A stretch of DNA of 63,503 nucleotides from an uncultured virus (IMG/VR IMGVR_UViG_3300020187_000012). Its lineage: Duplodnaviria > Heunggongvirae > Uroviricota > Caudoviricetes. The DNA lies in IMG/VR virus record IMGVR_UViG_3300020187_000012, positions 62,001 through 125,503 of that record; one strand, given 5' to 3'. This document shows, one piece after another, positions 57,137-63,503 of this stretch (its first letter is position 1; each line of letters starts with the position of its first letter). The position numbers and the translations under genes are program-made. The notes beneath the pieces were generated by a model. It saw only the letters and a list, made by a program, of their open reading frames with translations. It made no database searches and was not told where the DNA came from.

Positions 57137-57187
57137 CAACCCAGACGTGTACGCTCAACTTGAGCAAAAAGTTTTATCAAATTAGAT

Positions 57188-57216
57188 GAAACAAACATAT
57201 GCTAAAAGCATATAAA
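57188..57216 (+). promoter_or_regulatory. Putative middle promoter GAAACA-N17-TATAAA (tRNA operon 2)
   Basis: Recurrent motif upstream of tRNA-Ser. Confidence 0.65.
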
Positions 57217-57219
57217 GTG

Positions 57220-57236
57220 TGTTCTTTGACATATTG
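57220..57236 (+). promoter_or_regulatory. boxA-like antitermination element
   Basis: TGTTCTTTGACATATTG resembles rrn boxA (TGCTCTTTAACA). Confidence 0.6.
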
Positions 57237-57246
57237 GTAGTCAACC

Positions 57247-57331
57247 GGAGAGGTGGCAGAGTGGTCGAATGCACCAGTCTTGAAAACTGGCGTACTGCAA
57301 GGTACCGGGGGTTCGAATCCCTCCCTCTCCG
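57247..57331 (+). tRNA. tRNA-Ser(TGA)
   Basis: ggagagg/cctctcc; ccagt-ctTGAaa-actgg; long variable arm. Confidence 0.95.
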
Positions 57332-57340
57332 CAAAAAAAT

Positions 57341-57414
57341 GGTCTGGTAGTTCAGCTGGTTAGAATACAAGCCTGTCACGCTTGGGGTCGAGGGTTCGAG
57401 TCCCTTCCAGATCG
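57341..57414 (+). tRNA. tRNA-Asp(GTC)
   Basis: caagc-ctGTCac-gcttg. Confidence 0.95.
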
Positions 57415-57420
57415 CATTAA

Positions 57421-57493
57421 GCCTCTTTAGCTCAGTTGGTAGAGCAGCTGATTTGTAATCAGCAGGTCGTCAGTTCAAGTCTGTCAAGAGGCT
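57421..57493 (+). tRNA. tRNA-Thr(TGT)
   Basis: gcctctt/aagaggc; gctga-ttTGTaa-tcagc. Confidence 0.95.
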
Positions 57494-57510
57494 CAAAGAT
57501 AAAACACACA

Positions 57511-57655
57511 CTGGTACGCTAAACCAGAACCTATCATAGATGGGTTACATATATAGTCGCAGTCAAGTACTCGACAGAGTTCTTAGTCTCTTAAAAGCTA
57601 AGTGGAGTCAATGACGAAAGTCGGAAGGTTTAGGTTGTCCTTCTAAAATAACCTG
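57511..57655 (+). ncRNA. Candidate structured ncRNA between tRNA-Thr and tRNA-Ala
   Basis: Five or more hairpins including gac-GAAA-gtc and a potential H-type pseudoknot. Confidence 0.5.
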
Positions 57656-57657
57656 AT

Positions 57658-57731
57658 GGGGAATTAGCTCAGCTGGCTAGAGCGCCTGCCTTGCACGCAG
57701 GAGGTCAACGGTTCGACTCCGTTATTCTCCA
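57658..57731 (+). tRNA. tRNA-Ala(TGC)
   Basis: cctgc-ctTGCac-gcagg; G3:U70 in ggggaat/attctcc. Confidence 0.95.
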
Positions 57732-57805
57732 CAAAAAAATCGTAGTACCGAGAGGGAACAAGGTGAAAGGTACACTCACCGTAGGTTAAGCGATGACCTA
57801 CAATT

Positions 57806-57877
57806 GCGAAAGTAGCTCAGCGGTAGAGCATCACCTTGCCAAGGTGAGGGTCGCGAGTTCAATCCTCGTCTTTCGCT
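57806..57877 (+). tRNA. tRNA-Gly(GCC)
   Basis: gcgaaag/ctttcgc; tcacc-ttGCCaa-ggtga. Confidence 0.95.
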
Positions 57878-57896
57878 CAATGACTGCCAGTCAAGT

Positions 57897-57930
57897 AAAG
57901 CCCATCTAATTAATTTTAGGTGGGCTTTCT
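57897..57930 (+). terminator. Intrinsic terminator after tRNA cluster
   Basis: aaagcccatctaa/ttaggtgggcttt. Confidence 0.8.
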
Positions 57931-57936
57931 CATTTT

Positions 57937-57964
57937 GAAACATTTATATTTTATTTCATATAAT
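57937..57964 (+). promoter_or_regulatory. Putative middle promoter GAAACA-N16-TATAAT
   Basis: Recurrent bipartite motif. Confidence 0.7.
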
Positions 57965-57982
57965 ATTAAAATATATTTTATT

Positions 57983-58351
57983 ATGGATATTGTAAACACA
58001 ATCCTTACAGTTATTATTTCAATCGGTTTCACGATTACTATTCTTGAAATTAAAAATGCTTTTACTAAAGAAGTAAAAGACATGTCTGATGATTTAGACT
58101 TTTTAGATTTAGAAGCTCGTATTACAACTCTCGAATCTGGTGTAAAGGCACATATTGAAAATATTAGAGTTCTTTCAGATCAAATTACAAAATTACAAAC
58201 TGAAACTATTGAACTAAAAAATCAAGTAAATCCTATTTCTAGAGAAACCAAAAATATTGGAACTTCAATAAATAATTTAACGTCATTTGTTGATAAAACA
58301 AGGGGTATTGCTGAAGATAATAAAAAAAGACTAGATAGTTTAAATAAGTAA
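57983..58351 (+). CDS. Membrane-anchored coiled-coil protein
   Basis: ATG 57983 after promoter; N-terminal TM then heptads. Confidence 0.7.
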   Translation: MDIVNTILTVIISIGFTITILEIKNAFTKEVKDMSDDLDFLDLEARITTLESGVKAHIENIRVLSDQITKLQTETIELKNQVNPISRETKNIGTSINNLTSFVDKTRGIAEDNKKRLDSLNK

Positions 58352-58620
58352 TGTCTAAAATTAATCAAATATTAACAGGCTGGGCAAACACGGTTAAAGA
58401 CCGATTTAATATGTTACAACCTGAGGTTAAAGAAATCTCAGAGAAGAGACTTAATATATGTAATGAATGTTCCATGAGAAATGGTTCTATTTGTGACACA
58501 AGGCGAGTTGCACCTAATGTTAAAACCGGTGCAATTACCAGAGGTTGTGGTTGTAATTTACTTGCAAAAACGATGTCACCGTCTTCTGAGTGTCCATTAA
58601 GTAAATGGGAGAATATATAA
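58351..58620 (+). CDS. Small Cys-rich protein
   Basis: CNEC, GCGC..AKT, CP..KW. Confidence 0.75.
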   Translation: MSKINQILTGWANTVKDRFNMLQPEVKEISEKRLNICNECSMRNGSICDTRRVAPNVKTGAITRGCGCNLLAKTMSPSSECPLSKWENI

Positions 58621-58625
58621 TGACA

Positions 58626-58697
58626 GGCCCCTTCGTCTATCGGTTAGGACGTCAGGTTTTCATCCTGGAAAGAAGAGTTCGATTCTCTTAGGGGTCA
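58626..58697 (+). tRNA. tRNA-Glu(TTC)
   Basis: ggcccct/aggggtc; tcagg-ttTTCat-cctgg. Confidence 0.92.
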
Positions 58698-58714
58698 CAA
58701 TAAATTTAATAATT

Positions 58715-58846
58715 ATGAATGAAAATTGTGTAAGTTGTAGCGTTGAAACAAACGTTAATATTAATGAAAACATTGATAATAGACATTATTATGTCGAAGG
58801 TGCTGGCCAATTATGTAAAACCTGTTATAATAAGATATATAAGTAA
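58715..58846 (+). CDS. Small zinc-finger protein, 43 aa (absent from ORF track)
   Basis: CVSC...YVEGAGQLCKTC; stop overlaps the next ATG. Confidence 0.75.
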   Translation: MNENCVSCSVETNVNINENIDNRHYYVEGAGQLCKTCYNKIYK

Positions 58847-59061
58847 TGAAGGTATATATTTATATTAATCCAAATTCAGCCGTTTATCTATCAGGTATAC
58901 TATCAAACGAAACCTTGAATTTAGAACCGGGTGCTGTTAAAATAAAATACTCAACTAGAAGTGTTGATGAGTTATCATTAATGGTTTCTTTAACACTTGA
59001 CCATTTTGTTTGGTTACAAGACCAAGAGTGGTTAACTGAGTATGCAATGCTACTTAATTAA
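58846..59061 (+). CDS. Hypothetical protein
   Basis: Coupled ORF. Confidence 0.6.
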   Translation: MKVYIYINPNSAVYLSGILSNETLNLEPGAVKIKYSTRSVDELSLMVSLTLDHFVWLQDQEWLTEYAMLLN

Positions 59062-59378
59062 TGAATCGTAAAATGAAACAACAAGAAGTATTTGTGACTT
59101 TAGTTAATAAACAACTAGAGCCATTTAACAAAACATATACTGATATGGTCGGCGTGGATGACTGGTATATGAAATATGTGGTAACACCAGAACAAGAATC
59201 TGAGTTTATTGAATGGGGTGCTAAATATTTACAGAAAACATTAAAACTTACTAAAAAGCAAGCACAAATGGAAATCAATTGGTTTGTGTTACAATGGGGT
59301 CTTAAAAGTTCTAAAATAGTTAACAGTGCCTCTTCAATAGAGGAAATTATACAGGCTAATAAAAAGTCAAAAGCATAA
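59061..59378 (+). CDS. Hypothetical protein
   Basis: Coupled ORF; WF.LQWGL motif. Confidence 0.7.
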   Translation: MNRKMKQQEVFVTLVNKQLEPFNKTYTDMVGVDDWYMKYVVTPEQESEFIEWGAKYLQKTLKLTKKQAQMEINWFVLQWGLKSSKIVNSASSIEEIIQANKKSKA

Positions 59379-59384
59379 AAAATT

Positions 59385-59408
59385 AAGTCTGGTTTACCGG
59401 ACTTTTTT
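59385..59408 (+). terminator. Intrinsic terminator
   Basis: aagtctgg-ttta-ccggactt plus T-tract. Confidence 0.8.
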
Positions 59409-59417
59409 ATAATAAAT

Positions 59418-60299
59418 ATGATATTAAAAATTAATTCAATTGGCCGCGAGGTTAAAGAACTTCAAGAGTTTTTAGGTATTACGGTCGACGGTCATTTTGG
59501 CCCGGAAACTAAAGAAGCTGTATTTAAGTGGCAAACACAGAACGGTTTAAGGACTGACGGTATTGTTGGACCAAAAACATGGGACGCAATGGGTTTAGCA
59601 TCTACGGACGAATCTGAGAAGGCTTATGTTACAGATAATGGTTTAGTTATATCAAGGCACTTCTTACCACATGGTGAATATAAAGTAGGTCCAGTCAAGC
59701 CTGAATATGTTTTTATACATCACACTGCTGGTTGGCACAATCCATACAAAACTATTGACAATTGGGGTAAAGATACTAGAGGTGCAGTTGCTACTGAATT
59801 TGTTTTAGGTGGACAATCGGTTAAAGGTAATAATAATAATTATGACGGTGTATTAGTTCAAGCTTTTCCAGAGGGTGGCTATGGGTGGCACTTGGGTAAG
59901 AATGGTTCACAACACATGCATGTACATTCAGTTGGTATTGAGGTTAATAACTTTGGCCAAATTGTAAATGGTAAAACCTGGGCGGGTGTTTCAGTTGATC
60001 GTTCACAAATTGTTGTTCTTGAAAAACCGTTTAGGGGATATTCAACATGGCATCGTTATTCAGATGCACAAATATCAAAATTGCATAAATGGATTTTATT
60101 CATAGCTGAAAGAGACAGTATTGATGTTAGAGCGGGCTTACCAGCTTTGATTAAGGAAAAAGGTGCTGATGCATTTGAATTTAATGAAGATGCATATTAC
60201 GGTAAGATTAAAGGTTTATGGACCCATACAAATACACGCAAAGATAAATTTGACATGTTCCCACAACCAGAATTGATGGATATGTTGGTTTCATTATAA
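59418..60299 (+). CDS. Endolysin: peptidoglycan-binding domain plus N-acetylmuramoyl-L-alanine amidase (Amidase_2-like)
   Basis: DGHFGPET...DGIVGPKTW; IHHTAG, SVGIEV, THTN.RKDK.D. Confidence 0.9.
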   Translation: MILKINSIGREVKELQEFLGITVDGHFGPETKEAVFKWQTQNGLRTDGIVGPKTWDAMGLASTDESEKAYVTDNGLVISRHFLPHGEYKVGPVKPEYVFIHHTAGWHNPYKTIDNWGKDTRGAVATEFVLGGQSVKGNNNNYDGVLVQAFPEGGYGWHLGKNGSQHMHVHSVGIEVNNFGQIVNGKTWAGVSVDRSQIVVLEKPFRGYSTWHRYSDAQISKLHKWILFIAERDSIDVRAGLPALIKEKGADAFEFNEDAYYGKIKGLWTHTNTRKDKFDMFPQPELMDMLVSL

Positions 60300-60382
60300 T
60301 GAAAATAATATTACTTATATTATTAGCTATCACATTAGTAATAGCAGTCCACAAGCGAGATTCAGATCGCAACAATAAATAA
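60299..60382 (+). CDS. 27-aa hydrophobic peptide (absent from ORF track)
   Basis: MKIILLILLAITLVIAVHKRDSDRNNK; TAATG overlap with the endolysin stop. Confidence 0.5.
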   Translation: MKIILLILLAITLVIAVHKRDSDRNNK

Positions 60383-60384
60383 AG

Positions 60385-60411
60385 AGTCCGGTTTTCCCGG
60401 GCTTTTTTTTT
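60385..60411 (+). terminator. Intrinsic terminator
   Basis: agtccgg/ccgggct plus long T-tract. Confidence 0.85.
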
Positions 60412-60431
60412 GAAAAATAATTGCCTAAAAG

Positions 60432-60463
60432 TTTTTTTATGTCGTTTATTTTGCCTATATTAC
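60432..60463 (+). promoter_or_regulatory. Putative early promoter (TGTC-N12-TATATT)
   Basis: Same motif and spacing as 3766 and 41383. Confidence 0.55.
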
Positions 60464-60504
60464 ATATGTAATCAGTCGTTAGTATACGACCTAACTTAAA
60501 AAAA

Positions 60505-60720
60505 ATGATAATAGAAAAACAAACACAACGTCAAACAGTTATTGATTTGACAGGACCCCAAGGAAATGCATGGTATCTTTTAGGAACTGCTAAAAACTTT
60601 GCAGGTCCATTAGGGTTAGATGGAGATGCTATTTGTGAAGAAATGCGTGAGTCTGACTATGAGAATTTAGTACAAGTATTTGACAAGTACTTTGGTGATT
60701 TTGTAATTTTAGAACGATAA
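60505..60720 (+). CDS. Conserved-type small phage protein
   Basis: IDLTGPQGNA..LLG...DYENL...FD.YFG. Confidence 0.75.
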   Translation: MIIEKQTQRQTVIDLTGPQGNAWYLLGTAKNFAGPLGLDGDAICEEMRESDYENLVQVFDKYFGDFVILER

Positions 60721-60723
60721 GAT

Positions 60724-60957
60724 ATGGAACAGTCAATTTTAAGTAAGTTTGTTAAATTCGCATTTAACTATCCACCTCTATTCTGTTTAAAGATTTGGAG
60801 TGATAATCCACATATAGCAAATCATTTAAATGGTAAATTTAATGATTATTATGATGCTCATGGGTCAGTAGGTGCAATGACAGCGTTATACAATTCATTA
60901 GATGCTACAAACGCAAAAATCTTTGAAAATTATTTAATCAATAAATATAACGGGTAA
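60724..60957 (+). CDS. Hypothetical protein
   Basis: ORF in operon. Confidence 0.7.
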   Translation: MEQSILSKFVKFAFNYPPLFCLKIWSDNPHIANHLNGKFNDYYDAHGSVGAMTALYNSLDATNAKIFENYLINKYNG

Positions 60958-60959
60958 TT

Positions 60960-61526
60960 ATGAGTCAATTTACATGGTGGCGTAGGTTTTATCCTACACA
61001 AAAATTAGATAAGGGTCAATTTTTTAAAGGTGGTTCTAAACTTTTACAGCGCATTGAATTTGGTGAATTTGAGTTTGAACCGCTTTCGTCAGAAACCATC
61101 CTTGAAGAAGAACTTTACAGATTAAAATGTGAAGAGATTGATAAATTACAATCTTATCACAAAGACACACTTGAAGATATGAAAGTGGTTGAGCGCAAGA
61201 AAAAGAATAAAAGAGTTAATGTTATGCTTAAGCATCATTTAGAATGGGAGCACAACAGAATGTTAGACCTTAGAAATAGTCTTGTAAAAGAATTTTCATT
61301 AGAAAAAGAGTTTGTTAATGACGTTATTGAAACGTTTGATGGAACCACCCGCGAATTATATTTTTATCTTAAAGCTGTTAAAGAAGACCGCCCGATAAAA
61401 ACAAGCGCTGAGGTTTTAATGATACCTCGATTACAACACGAACAACCAAGGCACATCTTAAAACACAAGCAACGTGTACATCAACAGACTTGGCAAAAAA
61501 TAGTGCAAAATAAAGCTGTATATTAG
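60960..61526 (+). CDS. Hypothetical protein
   Basis: FTWWRRF N-terminus; ORF in operon. Confidence 0.7.
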   Translation: MSQFTWWRRFYPTQKLDKGQFFKGGSKLLQRIEFGEFEFEPLSSETILEEELYRLKCEEIDKLQSYHKDTLEDMKVVERKKKNKRVNVMLKHHLEWEHNRMLDLRNSLVKEFSLEKEFVNDVIETFDGTTRELYFYLKAVKEDRPIKTSAEVLMIPRLQHEQPRHILKHKQRVHQQTWQKIVQNKAVY

Positions 61527-61546
61527 CGACGCATTTATTACATATT

Positions 61547-61554
61547 GATATATA
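61547..61554 (+). promoter_or_regulatory. Putative late promoter GATATATA
   Basis: Recurrent octamer. Confidence 0.65.
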
Positions 61555-61560
61555 ATCAAT

Positions 61561-62262
61561 ATGACAAAGAACGATATGTTTTCATGGTTAGCTGAAGGTC
61601 CAGTTGATTATGAACTTAAGCAATATAAAATGTTGGCTATCTTATCTCGATTAAGAATTGATTTAAATAATAAGCGTGTTTGGCCAGTTATTAAAGAGGT
61701 TGAAGCACAGCTTGACTATTTGTATCGTTTAAAATATGAAATTGAAGTTAAAGACGAACAATTAAAAGTTGCTAAAGATATCGATTTTATAAACTTTGAA
61801 ATAATATACGAAAAAGAAAGCTCTGAAAAAACTTTAGAAAATAGTATAATGGATACTATTGTTGACGATGCTATTGTTGAATTTGGTGACGTTTACATGG
61901 ATGCTAGAAAAGTCTGGCGTGAAATTGAAAGTCTTGTTTCTATAACTTGGATTCCAAAAAAACCAAGCCTATTAAATGATGGTTATATAATTATACCAGA
62001 CGGCGATAAATTTAATGCATATTATTTCGAAAAGCCGACAAAAATGTCAAACTCATGGCGAACTATTGATTTAAAATTCGAAAAATCTTTTAAAAATACA
62101 GAAGATGCAGTCATTAAATTTTGCGATATAATGCAAGACCCTAATGATTCAATGATGTTTTGTCGTGTATCTAATAGATTTGGAAATTTATCACATAAAG
62201 ATACTATATTGCCAATTGTTAAATCTGTATTATTCAGTTCTTTAGTTAAAGACTTTGTATAA
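61561..62262 (+). CDS. Hypothetical protein
   Basis: 233-aa ORF; W..EGPVDYE.KQY motif. Confidence 0.75.
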   Translation: MTKNDMFSWLAEGPVDYELKQYKMLAILSRLRIDLNNKRVWPVIKEVEAQLDYLYRLKYEIEVKDEQLKVAKDIDFINFEIIYEKESSEKTLENSIMDTIVDDAIVEFGDVYMDARKVWREIESLVSITWIPKKPSLLNDGYIIIPDGDKFNAYYFEKPTKMSNSWRTIDLKFEKSFKNTEDAVIKFCDIMQDPNDSMMFCRVSNRFGNLSHKDTILPIVKSVLFSSLVKDFV

Positions 62263-62268
62263 AATACA

Positions 62269-62276
62269 GATATATA
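62269..62276 (+). promoter_or_regulatory. Putative late promoter GATATATA
   Basis: Recurrent octamer. Confidence 0.7.
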
Positions 62277-62305
62277 AAACAAATATAAAATAATATACTA
62301 AAATT

Positions 62306-63503
62306 ATGCCTTACGTTTCTAAAGACGACATCATGGCCTTTATCCCTGAGGGGATAACTTTACAGCAAGGTGTAGCTACAACAATAGATATTCAGCTTTA
62401 CAAAGACTATTTAAATAATAATTTAAATGCAGCATCGGCGGATTCAATTGTAGTTACCTTATATAACTCATTTGGACAAAAAACATATCAATATGCAAAT
62501 CCAGTAGTCCCTGGTCAAACTGATAGACTTAATATTGGTGTACCGGCGTCTGCAACTCAAGGTACTATCTCTTTTGATATTACAGCAACACAGGCTGCTA
62601 ATTTAGCATCTGGTAGTATTTATGCTCAAGTAACAATTACATATTCAAATTATTATCCATCTGCAAAAACTTATGTTTTACCTAGGTTACTGCTTGGTGA
62701 TAATAATAATTCTACATTACCAGGTGGTGAAGGTTCAGATAATTCTGGCACATCAGGCTCAGGTACTTCTGGCAACAGTCCAGTATCTTCGATGGATATG
62801 GTTAAATATGCAATTAGTCATGTAGATGGTTCACAGCCATCTATTAAATCTGTTTCCGTAAACAATACTGACCCTGCATTAGTTACAGAAATTACATTTT
62901 ATAATTTAGACCAAAATAATCATAGAAACGTTTTATTAGAAAACTTTTTAGAGAATAGAATAGCAAATAGTGTTTTAGGTACTATCACAATAGTTAATAA
63001 AGACAATCCACTAAATTATTCTGTTTATAGTATTTCTAGCTATTCTAGGATTAACGCTGAATCTGGAGGTGGTGACGACAATGATAATGACTATACAAAA
63101 ATTGTAGTTGCATATGAAGATAATTCATATTCACCAGTTGATACACCGTATGCGTATGAAGTAGGTCAATCTATTGGATACATGTTAGATGCATTTGGTG
63201 GTGCTTCACAAACAGGTTCTGCTCAAGGTGCTAATGGTGTCGACGGTGCTCAAGGTGCTACAGGCGCTCAAGGTGCTAATGGTGTCGACGGTGCTCAAGG
63301 TGCTAACGGTGTCGATGGTGCTCAAGGTGCTAACGGTGTCGACGGTGCTCAAGGTGCTAACGGTGCTAACGGTGTCGACGGTGCTCAAGGCGCTAACGGT
63401 GTCGACGGTGCTCAAGGTGCTAATGGTGTCGATGGTGCTCAAGGCGCTAACGGTGTTGACGGTGCTCAAGGCGCTAACGGTGTTGACGGTGCTCAAGGTG
63501 CTA
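62306..63503 (+). CDS. Collagen-like tail fibre/virion protein, 3'-truncated (absent from ORF track because it has no stop in the window)
   Basis: MPYVSKDDIMAF... in the same frame as Gly-X-Y repeats that run to the window end. Confidence 0.85.
   Translation, partial: MPYVSKDDIMAFIPEGITLQQGVATTIDIQLYKDYLNNNLNAASADSIVVTLYNSFGQKTYQYANPVVPGQTDRLNIGVPASATQGTISFDITATQAANLASGSIYAQVTITYSNYYPSAKTYVLPRLLLGDNNNSTLPGGEGSDNSGTSGSGTSGNSPVSSMDMVKYAISHVDGSQPSIKSVSVNNTDPALVTEITFYNLDQNNHRNVLLENFLENRIANSVLGTITIVNKDNPLNYSVYSISSYSRINAESGGGDDNDNDYTKIVVAYEDNSYSPVDTPYAYEVGQSIGYMLDAFGGASQTGSAQGANGVDGAQGATGAQGANGVDGAQGANGVDGAQGANGVDGAQGANGANGVDGAQGANGVDGAQGANGVDGAQGANGVDGAQGANGVDGAQGA
63227..63503 (+). repeat. Collagen-type repeats GAQ-GAN-GVD (27-bp unit)
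   Basis: ggtgctcaaggtgctaa(c/t)ggtgt(c/t)ga(c/t) tandem copies. Confidence 0.95.

Noticed and set aside
57182..57379. Minus-strand ORF in the tRNA cluster
   Set aside because: Antisense to tRNA-Ser and tRNA-Asp
57511..57801. Known self-cleaving ribozymes (hammerhead, HDV-like/theta, twister, pistol) beside tRNAs
   Set aside because: Could not match their conserved cores by eye (no CUGAUGA..GAAA arrangement or HDV nested double pseudoknot); kept only as unclassified ncRNA candidates
58834..58841. Additional GATATATA copy
   Set aside because: It lies inside a small ORF only 4 nt from the next ATG in a non-structural operon; could be chance in AT-rich DNA
63206..63496. Minus-strand STVDTVSTL repeat ORF
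   Set aside because: Shadow of the plus-strand collagen repeat
1..63503. Stop-codon reassignment, as in some large Bacteroidota phages
   Set aside because: Core genes are full length in code 11, TAG ends several genes at sensible positions, and there is no suppressor tRNA (Leu TAG and Ser TGA are anticodons reading CUA and UCA)

Overview
A 63.5-kb segment of a large, AT-rich T4-related myovirus genome using the standard genetic code, with genes almost entirely on the + strand. The host is probably a Bacteroidota bacterium (inferred from A-rich Shine-Dalgarno-less leaders, CCA-less tRNA genes, a boxA-like element and the RNR type). The window contains: UvsY/UvsW; a ~10-kb cluster of putative capsid-packaged proteins carrying T4 internal-protein-like targeting motifs and repeated protease-site linkers; thyA, dUTPase and nrdB/nrdA; a family-B DNA polymerase split into two distant genes; sliding clamp, UvsX, helicase, gp47/gp46, a gp55-like sigma, clamp loader and RNase H; head genes (portal, fused protease-scaffold, MCP, terminase); tail genes (sheath, tube, chaperone pair, tape measure); nine tRNAs with structured spacers; an endolysin; and the start of a collagen-like fibre. 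The most notable signals are a putative virion-loaded polyprotein/cassette system, three distinct promoter motifs suggesting a transcription cascade, an mRNA whose 5' and 3' ends pair in competition with a start-occluding hairpin, a candidate +1 frameshift in the tail chaperone, and candidate ncRNAs or pseudoknots between the tRNAs. All family assignments come from motif recognition by eye; no database searches were run.
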